Below, piece by piece: positions 1 through 11,400 of a DNA stretch of 55,084 nucleotides. This DNA comes from a virus (Duplodnaviria; Caudoviricetes): positions 1 to 55,084 of IMG/VR virus record IMGVR_UViG_3300037194_000008. One strand, 5' to 3'. The notes beneath the pieces are model-generated. The model searched no databases and was not told the origin of the DNA. It worked only from the letters and a program-made list of their open reading frames with translations. Within the stretch, counting starts at the first letter, position 1. Every line of letters begins with the position of its first letter. The translations under genes and the position numbers were made by a program.

Positions 1-55
1 GATGTTCTTGATCGGCGAGTAGCGGAGCTGCTCGTCGAACACCGTGAAGCCGAAG
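1..55. repeat. 55-bp terminal overlap (identical to 55030-55084); contig is circular or circularly permuted
   Basis: gatgttcttg...ccgtgaagccgaag occurs at both ends and falls inside a continuous reading frame; 55 is a common assembler k-mer size. Confidence 0.95.
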
Positions 56-345
56 CTGCGGTGCCGCGACATCGAGTAGGTACGCCACTCGATCGGCGGG
101 ACGCCGTTCTTCCACTCGCCGGTGAACTCGCTGCCCGAGTAGTGGTCAGCGCCGATGCGCCCGATCTCGGCGTCAACGATGTAGTCGTCAACACGGATGT
201 CGGGAACTCGGATGCTGCGGGCGTTCGGGTTCGGCTTGATCTCCGAACCTGTGAACATCCCGGCCACCGGGCTCGTGATGCGAAGGTACGTGGCCAGAGC
301 GACCTGGTAGTCGGTCAGGCTGTCCTTCTGGACTGGTGCGACCAT
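1..345 (-). CDS. Major capsid protein, 5' part (continues across the junction to 53731)
   Basis: ATG at 345 after AAGGAGGAG; reads MVAPVQKDSLTDYQVALATYLRITSPVAGMFTGSEIKPNPNARSIRVPDI...SFGFTVFDEQLRYSPIKNI, in frame with ORF 53731..55071; about 547 aa when joined; directly follows the portal; missing from the ORF track. Confidence 0.75.
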   Translation of the reverse strand, partial: MVAPVQKDSLTDYQVALATYLRITSPVAGMFTGSEIKPNPNARSIRVPDIRVDDYIVDAEIGRIGADHYSGSEFTGEWKNGVPPIEWRTYSMSRHRSFGFTVFDEQLRYSPIKNI

Positions 346-427
346 GTCGCTCCTCCTTGGTTTCGGCCTGTTGCCAGGCGCTGGCGATCACAAACTACTG
401 CGTTCAACACGCCAATAGCGACACGAA

Positions 428-2416
428 TCACGCAGGAACTTCGTCTTCGACAGAAGTCAGCACAGGTTGGGCGTTTGACACACCTAGTTTCTCGAGCAAC
501 GCCTGCTGGCCTTGCACGAGCAGGCTGATCTGCTCCTGCATCTGGCCGATCACCTGGTTGTTGGCTTCGAGTTCCTGCTCGTACTGCTCGGTGACCTGGT
601 TCATCCCTTCCTTGAGCTCAAGGATCTTCGCGTCCGCAGCCTTGGCACCCTCGACGTTGCCGCTCTTCCAGAGCTCACTGATGGCGACAGCGTCAGCTGC
701 GCCGGACAGTTCGAGCTGCTTCTGGATGATGTACTGCATGGCGAGAGCAGCGTTCCCGAGGATCTCCTGGTTCTGCGTGGCGGCCATGGCCGGCAGCGCC
801 TGGCTGAGCGGGACGAACAGCTGGTTCAGGACACGCAGCTGCTTCTCGTCCTCAAGCTCCACCAGTGAGCCGGGGATACACCGGACGTAGTACTCCTGTG
901 CCAGCTCCTTGAAGTCGAAGTTCAGGGTGCCGTCCTTGTCGAAGTCACCCGTGACGAGCTCGTTGCCCTCTTCGTCGACCATCACGGTGTACGGCTGGAG
1001 CCCGGCCTTGAGCAGCTTGATCCTGGCTTCGGCTGTCGGCATGACGCTCTTGATGGCAGCCAGCTCGTGGAAGTACATCGTCAGGGCGTACGAGCAGTAG
1101 TGGCTGAAGAAGCCCTCGACCGCCTTCTGGTAGTTGTTCGTGGTCGTGTCGACCAGCTGGTTCTGGGCCTCGACTCCTTGCGGCGTCGCGCTCATTCCAC
1201 CGTTGCCAGCCTGTGTCGCCATGAGCTGATCGCTCGCGCCGAACAGGCTGATCATGTTGCCCTGGTTCTGCTCGGTGATCGCACCGAACTGCATGAGCGA
1301 CTGGGTGTTGACCTCGAACGGTTCGATCTTCGCGTTCGGGTTCGGGATCTGGGTGTACTTGCCCGGGCTCAGGTTGGGGATGGAATTGACCGTGCCGTAG
1401 CCGATGATGCTCGGGTTGATGTTCCGGTACCAGAGCTTCATCGCGCCGTTGAGCATCAGATCCTGGAAGTCCTGGCGACCGATGAGCAGCTCGACCTGGC
1501 TCTTGCCGTACGGCTGGTTGTCGTCCTTCTCCATGACGAGGAAGAACACCGGGTGGTGCTTCAGCGGGTGCTTGTTCTTCTCGATGCGCAGCAGCATCAT
1601 CGTGTTCGCGTCGAACGTCAGGAAGTTCTCACCGGTCGAGGAGTACCAGGTGATGATCTCGTAGCCCTCGGGGATGGTGTGGTGCTTCGACGACTGCTTG
1701 TCGACGGACTGCATGTCCTTGGATCGGGGCTTCTCCATCTTCAACCGGCGCAGCGCGGCGTGGTCCCAGCCGGGTACCTCGTCGTAGCAGAGCTGCCGGA
1801 CTTCACCCTCGGTCAGGTAGCGACGCACGAAGATGTTCGTGGCCTCTCGGATGTCCTTGGCGCCTGGCTCCGGGAAGACGTCCCGATAGTGGATCGAGTC
1901 GTACTTCATGTACCAGGAGCCGGCGGCGTCCTGCACCAGCGCCGGGATCACACAGGCGAAGCCGAGCGTCAGCGCCGTCTTGGTCGACGCGAAGAGCGAC
2001 TGCTGCATGTCGTTGGAGTACTGGTCCGAGCCGATGATCTTGGAGGTCAGCACGTACTTGCTGAAGATCCCCTTGGGTGTGTCGTCGTCGAAGATGCTGA
2101 TGACCTCGACGTTGGGCGTGTTCTGCACGAGGGAGCGAGCCGTCCGCCGGACCAGGCCGGCCGTCTCTCCTGAGCTGACGTTCGGCAGGTCTGCCTTCGG
2201 GTGGATGACCTCGGCGTCGGCGAGCTTCTCCAGCACGTCGTAGCCCTGCAGGCGCTTGTCGGCTTCGGTCTTGTAGCGTCGCCAAAGACCGTGAAGGGCC
2301 TGCCCGACGGGAGCGATGTTCCGATACTCGAGAGCCCCATTGCGCTCGTCGATCTCGTAGCTCGTGTACCACTGAGTGAACTCGGTGATGGGCTTGTGCC
2401 CCGTGATCATTGCCAT
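428..2416 (-). CDS. Probable portal protein
   Basis: 662 aa (alternative start 2410 overlaps the giant gene's stop); lies between giant gene and capsid; size, 'ATPQGV...Q' motif and coiled-coil C-terminus fit podoviral portals. Confidence 0.7.
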   Translation of the reverse strand: MAMITGHKPITEFTQWYTSYEIDERNGALEYRNIAPVGQALHGLWRRYKTEADKRLQGYDVLEKLADAEVIHPKADLPNVSSGETAGLVRRTARSLVQNTPNVEVISIFDDDTPKGIFSKYVLTSKIIGSDQYSNDMQQSLFASTKTALTLGFACVIPALVQDAAGSWYMKYDSIHYRDVFPEPGAKDIREATNIFVRRYLTEGEVRQLCYDEVPGWDHAALRRLKMEKPRSKDMQSVDKQSSKHHTIPEGYEIITWYSSTGENFLTFDANTMMLLRIEKNKHPLKHHPVFFLVMEKDDNQPYGKSQVELLIGRQDFQDLMLNGAMKLWYRNINPSIIGYGTVNSIPNLSPGKYTQIPNPNAKIEPFEVNTQSLMQFGAITEQNQGNMISLFGASDQLMATQAGNGGMSATPQGVEAQNQLVDTTTNNYQKAVEGFFSHYCSYALTMYFHELAAIKSVMPTAEARIKLLKAGLQPYTVMVDEEGNELVTGDFDKDGTLNFDFKELAQEYYVRCIPGSLVELEDEKQLRVLNQLFVPLSQALPAMAATQNQEILGNAALAMQYIIQKQLELSGAADAVAISELWKSGNVEGAKAADAKILELKEGMNQVTEQYEQELEANNQVIGQMQEQISLLVQGQQALLEKLGVSNAQPVLTSVEDEVPA

Positions 2417-5400
2417 TGCTTGAGCCTTCCTCGCTCAGACGAGATTCTTTCACGCCGGATGCTGGCTCGGCGGATAATCGGGTTCGACGTGTTGATGAAT
2501 GGAATGCCGTCAGCAAACGTGGCTCGCTGGAACTGGAACCCATTGAACCTGATCGGGGAGATGTGCGGGCCGTAGCCACCTCGGCCACCTCCACCACCGC
2601 CACCGCTGTAGCCGCCGTAGCCACCACCGCCATAGCCATAGCCGCCACTGGCGAATCGCTCGCCATTGTCGCTGCCGAGGTCGAGCTCACCGATCGCATC
2701 GGCCACTCGTTCGGCAGCTGCGCGGATCTCTTCCTCGGGCAGCGGGAGCTCCCAGTTCTCGCCGCGGCGCTTGATTGCGCGCATGCCCGTGTTGATGCCG
2801 GCCGGGCCGTCGACGACGTTCATGCGCTCGTCGAGCTCGAGTCCGGTGTCGGCCTCCTGGTACGGACGGTTCAGCATCTTGATGCCAAGAGCGCCCATGA
2901 TCCCGTCACGGGTGAAGCCGGTGGCACGAGGCCAACCGTCCGGACCCATCATGTAGGTCGTGTTCAGCTGGGTGTACTCCAGCGTGTCGGAGAACGGGAT
3001 CTCCTTCGACCACACGAAGTCGTACAGGCCCTTCTGCTCCGGATCGTCGAGCGGCCCGAACCACAGCCGCTTCATGCGCGAGTTGGCCATCGACTTGGTC
3101 AGGCCCATCTCGATGCCCTCTTCGACGAGCTGCTTCATCCACTTCTCCTGCAGCGCCTCGCGCATCTCGAAGGTGAGGAAGTAGCCGTTGAGCGCAGCGT
3201 CGTCGAGCTGGATCTCACCCTTGGCCAGGGCAGAGATCGTGGCGCGTGCGCCCTCGTCGGTCGGAACCTCGCGGCCCTTGTCGTTGATGATCGACATGGC
3301 GCCCAGGCCCTGTGACTCCGCGTACTGCTTGGCCGCGGCCTCGACATCACGCAGGTTGTAGCGAACGCCGGCGTCCCGAGCCTGCTGCTTCAGGACGTTG
3401 ACCGCCTCCTCCTCGGTGAGCGAGGGGGCACCGCCGAGTCCGACGAACGAGGCGAGCAAGGTCTCCTCGATCTCAGCATCGGACTTGGGCGTGAGCTCGA
3501 ACTGCCGGATCTTCGGCACCATGTTCTGGCGGAACATGTCGGAGCCGGTGAATCCGCCACCCGACACAGCCGTGAACAGCGAGCCGATCAGGGCCAGGCC
3601 GAAGCGAGTCTCGGTCAGCGACCGCACCTGCGCGTCGGCAGGGTTGCGAGACACGTAGCCAACCTGCGTCTCGCCGTCCTCGCCCGTGAACTCCTTGAGG
3701 TTGTCGGTCGGCACGAGGTTGCCCTCGGCGTCAGTGGCCATCTCGCCACGGATGCCACTCGTCTTCGGCTGCACCCACGGGTTCCGGTCGTACTGGTCGG
3801 TGCCGACGTAGATCATGTTCACCATGGCGTTCTCCATCAGCATCCGGTCGAGGATGCCAACGGCGGTGGTGAGCAGGTGCGCTGAGGCAGCCATGGATTC
3901 GGGCGTGCCCTTCTCCGCCTCGGACACAGCCTGGTTGTGGAGCTCGGCCACGGTGTCACTCCAGGCTTCCCAGAGCTGGGCGTTCACCAGCGGGTGAGAG
4001 CCGATGGCGTCCTTGAAGCCGTGGTAGACCTCCATGAAGTTGCCGGTCTCGTAGAACCGCTCGAACCCGATGACCGGGCTGAGGAAGGTACGCAAGATCC
4101 AGTTCATCTGGCCGACCGCACGAGTGCCGCCTTCACCGTCCGGCACCTTGAAGTAGGAGTCCAGACCGAAGGGCAGCCAGTCGAGGAAGATGGCGTCTCG
4201 GTTGGCGAAGTCGTTCTGCAGCTTGCGCGGGTCGTGGACGAAGCCAGCTCCCTGGAGCTCAGCCGCGCGGCGCCGGTACTTCTCCTCCTCGTCCTCACCT
4301 GACAGGCCGAGTCCGCCGGCGATGAGGCCGAACTGGAACAGCATGGTGTGGGTGATGCCTCCCCGGATGAAGGAGTCCGCCAGGTCGAGGCCCTCGAGGA
4401 CCTCGCTCATGTCGTAGTACTCCTTGTTCTCCGGATCGTAGGGCTCACCGCGCAGCGCCGACTGCATGCGCTTGACGATCTTCTTCTCGCGTCCGTCGAA
4501 GAGCGCAGCCGCGAAGTCGGCCGGCCCCTGCATGCCGGTGATGCTGATCGAATAGTTGGCCCAGAAGTTCTGGAACGCGGCCAACATCTTCATCAGGTTG
4601 CCGGTGGCGTTCCACATCGGGCTGTCGTTCTCCGACAAGGGCTCGATCACACCGCGCACGGCCAGCGACAGGATCGACGGCTTCAGGTTGCGCGTCTGCG
4701 CAATCGAGGCAATCGCCATGTTGTGGGCCTCGCGGTCCTGCTGGTAGATCCACTCCGGGTTCCGCTGCATCTGGGCGATGAGCATGTCGATGGAGTAGAT
4801 GTTCTCACCGATGGGGTCGGCAGCGATCTTGCGCATCACCGTCTCCATGTAGATCCGCGCCAGGTCGCGCGGCATCATGCCCCAGGACGGGTCCTGCAGG
4901 CGGGCGCCCCACTTGGCGTAACGCTCCAGCCACTTCTCGATCTTGCCGATGCCCGGCATCGAGGGGTACTGGTACATCAGCTCCTTGTAGACCATGGCCC
5001 GGAACTCCGACCGCGAGCTGAGCGCGTTGACCAGATCGTTGACCTGCTTCAGCTGCTCAGTCGATTCGTACGTCAACGTGAAGCCGAGCTCGTTGGCGAT
5101 GGCCGCGATGCTCGTGTCTGAGAACCGCTCGGCCAGCTTCATCTGCGCCTGTCCGACACGGCCCGTCGACTCACCGACGGCCACGTTGGCGAACATGTTG
5201 AGCGTGCGCATGACGAACGCCTGGATCGGGGCGGAGATCACGAGCGCGGCGTTGAACATCGCGTTGCCGACTCGGAGGTTGAGCAAGCTGCGGAACAGCG
5301 CGGTGGTCTTGGTGCTGTGCCCGATGAAGGTCTGGCCCGGTGCACGGACGCCGCGCATCTGACGCTGGCCGGGAACCGGTGCGTCGCCCTCAGCTCGCCA

Positions 5401-8400
5401 GTTGGCCAGCTGACGATCCTGCCAGCCCTGTGCGCTGTTCGGATCGTTCTCACCGCGGATCGAGGAGTAGATCCTCGAGCCGATGACGATGTCCTCCAGC
5501 TGAGCCTTCGACGACCCGAACAGGTCGAGCTCGGTGGTCAGCAGGTTGACGTCTGCGCTGATCGAGATGAGCATGCGGTTGGTCTCAGGGTCCATCAGCA
5601 GGTTCTGCTTGAGCAGGTCCGAGGAGACCGGCAGCGCACGCAGGTTGCTCGTGGCTCCCTGGTATCCGTGCATCAGTCCGTCGACGGCCAGCAGGTAGAC
5701 CGGATCGAAACGCGGGTTGCGATCTTCACCCCAGGCCGTGCCGAACGCCGTCTCGATCCAGGCGTCCCAGCTCGCTGCCTTCGGATCAGCCGAGGCGTCG
5801 TTGGACTTCTCGGTGCGAGGAGCCCAGCCGCCGGAGCGGTGCGCGTTCGCCATGTAGATCGCCGACACATGGTTGTTGTCCATGAGCGGGATGCGTCCGC
5901 CGGCGGTCGGGTAGTCGTTGTTCCGAATGTTGATCCGGATCTCCTGCGCGATCTCCACAGCCCGAGCACCGCTGATGATGCCGAGCTCGCCGATCTTGTC
6001 GTCCATGCCCCAGGGCTTGCCCAGCATCATCCGGACCCAGGTGTCGAACATCTGGTTCTGGTTGCCGAACAGGTTGAGCTCACCCATGACCTGGCTCATG
6101 ATCGAGCGGTAGTCACGCTTCTGTTCCTTGGTCCAGCCCTTGCGGTTGAGGCGCTTGAACAGACCGGAGATCTCTTCGCGGGCGTACATCCGGCGAGCCG
6201 ACTCAGCCTGCGTCTCCTGCCGCCACCCGGTCTGGGATGCGTCCTTGGCCGGCAGCCTGGTCAGCATCTCCCAGGCGTTGGCTCCGTCGTCGCTGAACTT
6301 CTCGACGATGGTGCCGCGCTCGAAGCTCTTGGCGAAGGCGCGCGACTTGTCCAGCCGCTTGTGCACGGTGAGGGCGCCGGTGCTCATGGCCGCGGCCAGG
6401 GCGTTGTGCGCCGACACCGCGCCGGCCTCGTTGAAGTCGTAGGCCTGGCCGTCGAGCAGCGGGTTGTCACCCGAGGAGTGGGCCTCACCGAACTGGAGGT
6501 AGACGCGGATCGGGTCCGCGCCGCCCGGCTTGAAGACCTCGACCTGCCAGTTGTTGTGCAGGCGCATGCCCGAGCCATCGGGGTTCTTCTGCAGCTGGGC
6601 GTCGAACCGGCGGATCAGCTCGGTGTGCAGCGGGCCGTCAGCCGGACCGTCAAGCAGGTCAGCGAACAAGCCAGGAACCAAGCGAGTGGTGCCGTCCTCG
6701 TTGAGGGCGTTCGGTCCTGCGAAGCCTGCCGACCGCAGGATGTTCTCCGGGTTGGCTTGCGGCGTCAGGAGGTACGTGATGACAGCCCTGGCAATCTGGG
6801 CGTTGGCCGTGTCCGCCACCTGGAGGTTGCGAGCCCAGGCAGGCTTCGGTCCGCCGGCGGAAGCTTGAGCCGCGGCGAACTGGCCGAGCAGGTCACCGAT
6901 CTCGACGTTGGCCCGAGCGATCGAGCGCGCGGTCGAGTACGGGATGCGGACGTCGTCCTGGCGGGCCAGCTTGTGCAACAGGGTGTTGGTCACCGTGACC
7001 GCACCCGGCCACTCCTTGCTGCCCTTGCTGATGCCTGGGTAGAAGAACTCAACCATGTCGTCCAGGAAGTTGAACTCGAAGAAGGCCAGCGCGTTCCGGT
7101 AGTTGTTGATCCGACCGGAGAACGCCTCCTTGCTGTCAGCCGAGAGCACGTCCGAGATCAGGTCGACCATCGTGCCGTTCGAGAACACGTCCCAGGAGTA
7201 GTCCTGCAGCAGCTCCGGCATCGGCACGACGACGTACTTCATGCCGTTCCATTCGAGCTGGATCTTGTCGCCGTACTCCTGCAGCTCGGTGTGAATCTCC
7301 AGGCGCCGGCCGAAGCCCGCCTCGTTGCGCACGTCGTGGATGACACCGCTGTGGTCGGTCGACAGCGGCTCCGCCTTCGACTGGCCGAGCGCGATGTTCA
7401 TGCCGTTGTTCTCCGACAGGAGGTCAGGCAGGTCAGCGATCCGCGGGGCCTTGAGGCCGTGGCGGTACAGGATGATCCGACCGTCACTGTGCACGAACGG
7501 GATGATGTCGCCGCGCTCGATCACGTCGCCGGTCTCCGGCCGCAGCGAGTTGCGACGAGAGATCTTGGAGTGGAAGTCATTGAGCGACTGCTCGATGGAC
7601 TTGACGCGGGGCAGGTCCGGACCGGCCATCTTCAGCAGCGCGGCCCGAGCTTCAGCATTGGCAGGGTCCAGCATCGACAGCAGGTGCGCGTGGGCTCGAG
7701 CGTGCAGCCCGTCTCGCCGCCCGTCGTCGAGCAGGATGTCGAAGCCGTTGTACATCCGGGACGGCAGGATGTCGGTGACGGCCTTGCGGTCCCGGAGCTT
7801 GACCGAGTTCGCGTTGCGGATCGCAGCGTTCTCGTCGGTGCCGATGGGGTCGATGGCCAGCGCGGTCACGATGTTCTTCACCGGAGAGATGCGCTGCGTC
7901 TCAAGGAACGTCGACTCGTAGGCCCGCTCGTTCTGCGTCAGGCCGGAGGTCTCGCTCGGCACGTAGACATGCTTGCTGCCCTTGAGCGCGATGTAGCCGC
8001 GAGCCAACAGGTAGCGCGCCGACTCCGCCCGGAGATCCGCGGCACCGTTGTTGGACCCGAGGATGATCGTGGCGCCGGAGTCGATGAGGTAGCGCAGCGA
8101 CTTCTCGACCCGCTCCTGCACCGCATCGGGATCGCGCTCCGGCTTCTGGAAGGTGTCGAGCTGGACCAGCGCGACATCGTCCTTGACCACGTTGTCGTAC
8201 TTGGCACGCTTGCCACCGGACAGCGCCTCGACGGTGATCATGCCGCCGGCGAAGTTGCTGGCCGCCTCGTCGACGACCTGCCAACCGCGGCGGTAGTCGT
8301 TGCCTGGCGTGACCGTCTGATGCAGCGCCTGGAGGATGCGCTGGGTGTGGCGCACCGCCTCCATGTTGCGAGGAGCGATGACGCCGGGGATGGCGCCGAA

Positions 8401-11400
8401 GCTGACGTCGAGACGCTCTGCGTCGACTGCCACACCTGCCAGGTCGAGGACCCGGGCGTAGCTCTGACGGAAGTCGTCACGGTGCCGAGCCTCGACACGG
8501 GCCGAGTGCACGCGAGCTCGCTGCTCCTCCAGCACACGGATGCGCTCGTCACGAGCTGACCGCTCCTTGTCGGTCATCGCCGTGCCGATGCCCAGCACCC
8601 GCTGATGGCCGACGTGGCTGAGCGGGGTGTTCTGGATACGACCAGGCTGAGAGAACCAGCCGTCGCCGAACATCCCGAGCATCGTGTCGGTGATGCCGGT
8701 GAAAGCGGGCACGAGGTCCGGGTTGATGAGCAACTCGTCCTGGAAGAACCGCTGCACGCCCTGGTTGCCGGTGTCACCGAGCATCGAGCGCAGCACGTCC
8801 ATGCTCAGCGTCCGGAGCTCGACGTTCTCGACCGGCACGAACTCGCCGTTGCGTTCGACCGACAGCGGGTCGTCCGGATGCTCGAGCTGGAAGGCGATGA
8901 CCTCTTCGGCGGTGAAAGCCACGCGCTCACCGTTGACGGTGCCGACCACGATGTGCTGGAGCTTCAGCATCTTGTAGATCGCGTTGTAGGCCGCCGGGTC
9001 GATGCCGCCGTTGCCCTGGTCCGTGGTCATCCACAGCTCAGTCTTGATGCGCAGCATCTTGGCGAAGTCCCGCTCGGTGATCCACGCCGCATGCGCCTCG
9101 GCCAGCCGCACCGGGTTCGGGTGCTTGAACCGGGACTTGGCCGGCTTGCCCGACTTGCCTGCGTCGAGCAGCGCCTGCGTGCCCTCGGCGACCAGGCCAC
9201 CGTTGTCCATCCAGATGGAGGCGATCAGCGACTCCGCCGTGTCCGGCAGGAGATCGTGGTTCATCCCCTCGAAGTAGACGTTGTGGTACCAACCCTCACC
9301 CTCAGGCTGAGAGTCGGGGTGCAGGAAGTCGAGCTCGATCTGCAGCGACTCGACCGGCACACCCAACCGAGCTGCCCGACGTTCCACTGCAGCTCGCAGT
9401 CGGGACACGGTGATGTAGGCAAGGTCGACGTTGGGACCGGACTCGAGCTCGAAGCCGAGGTTGCCGACATAGAGCGGCACCTCCTCACCGTTGATGCGGA
9501 GCTTGTGGACGAAGCGGTTGTTCAGCTGAGCCACCGGCATTGGCCGCGGCGTGGGCGAGCCGGCCGGCGTGACGATGATGTCGTTGAACTGGCTGGCGTC
9601 TTCCTTGATGTCAGCCCACGACAGGGTGGCCGTGGTTAGCAGCTGATCCAGGCCCTCGGTCTTGAACGTGCGTCGGGTGGCGAACGCCGGGATGGCCCAA
9701 CGCTTCGGTCCGTTGCCGTTGGCAGCGATGCCACCCGGCGCCGCCGAGGAGTCCATGCGCTCCTGAGTGGCAACGAGCTGAGACATCAGGCCTGGCGTCC
9801 AGGACCCGTACTGCTCAGGCCGCAGCAGCGTCGTGTTCAGCACACGCACAGCGTCGTCGAGCACCACCGGCGGAGAAGGCTGCCGAGCCATGCCGTGCAT
9901 CCACACCGCGGCTTCGGCCAGCGGGCTGGTGTCGGACAGCAGGTCCTCGGCGAGGTAGCTGAACGACGTGTCCAGGTACTTGAAGAACTGGTGGCTGCTC
10001 TCGAGCGGGTCACCCTTCGGGAACGGAGGCGTCGAGATGTGGCTGGCCACGCCAATGGCCTTGTCCGCCAACTGCACGCCCATGGCCCCGCGGCTGAGCA
10101 CGTCCCACTGCTCGGGCTTGAGGTCGATCCGGCCAGCCTTGCGCTGCTGCTGGAGCACAGCCCATGCGTCAGCCGCTTCAGGTGCACGGGTCGGGAAGCT
10201 CGTCATCGAGCTGACGTACTCGATGATGTTCGCCCGGGCCGCAGCGTCAACCTGCTCGTCGCCGGTCAGGTGGAACCGCTGCACCAGCTGGAGTGCCTGG
10301 TTGTTGTCGAGCATGCCCTGGATCAGTTCGGCGTTCAGCGCGTACTGCTCGTCGAGCGCCTCGATCCGGCGGTCGAGCTCGTCACCGGAGTAGAGCGAGG
10401 AGTAGCCGTCGATGATCGTGGCCTGCTCTGCAGCCAGCTGCGCGAGCAGACCCTGAATCCACTCCTGCACCACGGCCTTGTCGAGACCCCGGAACTCCGG
10501 CAGCTTGCGGTCGAGGGTGAACCGCTGCATCTGCTCGACCGCGTAGTCCTTGAGCTGGCTGAGCAACCCGGCACTCCGGGTGTCCACGTTGGACTGGACC
10601 TCACCGACCAGCCGCATGATCTTGGCGACCGCACGGTAGGCCTGCGCCGACAGCCGCTTGCTGTCTTCGATGGTGGCCGGGTGATCCAGCGCACTGGTCA
10701 TCGTGATGGCCAGGTCGTTGGCCAGGCGCATGGCTGAGAACGAGCCGCCTGCCTGGTTGGCACGAGCGTCCAGCGCCATCAGGTAGTTCATGTCCCTCGA
10801 CAGCGACATCTCGTCGGCGTCGTCGTACTGGTAGAACCGCTCGTACTCGGTGTTGTCCAGCAGCGTTGACAGGCTCGACTCGAACATGAGCCGCTCTTGC
10901 AGCTTGCCGGCAGCCGTCACGTCCATGGCCTTCGGCGTCATCAGCGCGAGGGCCAGCGGCTTCGACTCCCAGTCGTCGAGCATGTCCAGCATCTCGAGCA
11001 GCGAGGAATCCTGGTTCGGGTCGAAGCCCTCCCACTCGATCGGCCGGCCATAGGCGTCCATGGACTGGCCCGAGGTACGGATCAGGTTCCCGATGTCGGT
11101 GCTGAGCGAGCTCAGGCTGTGGGAGGTCAGCGACTCCTGGAGCTGCTCGAAGTTGGGCAGGAAGCCGAAGGCGTCCATCAGCATCTGCAGTTCGCCGTAC
11201 GCCTCGTACGACGTCGGGGTCTGGCCCTTGTCGGTCGAGTGGGCGTCGAAGCCGGTGACCACACCCCGTGTCAGGGCGAGCATCGCGCGAGGGCTGAAGC
11301 CGCGCGGGATGTTGATGGCCATGCTCATGGCCCGGCGGAACTTCCGCAGGTCCTCCAGGTCCTCCGAGGTCGGCGGGTCGTCCGGGTTGTTGAGCAGGGC

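Noticed and set aside
188-391. 67-aa ORF and 61..528 ORF from the track
   Set aside because: The frame starting at ATG 345 has a strong RBS and joins the capsid ORF across the junction.
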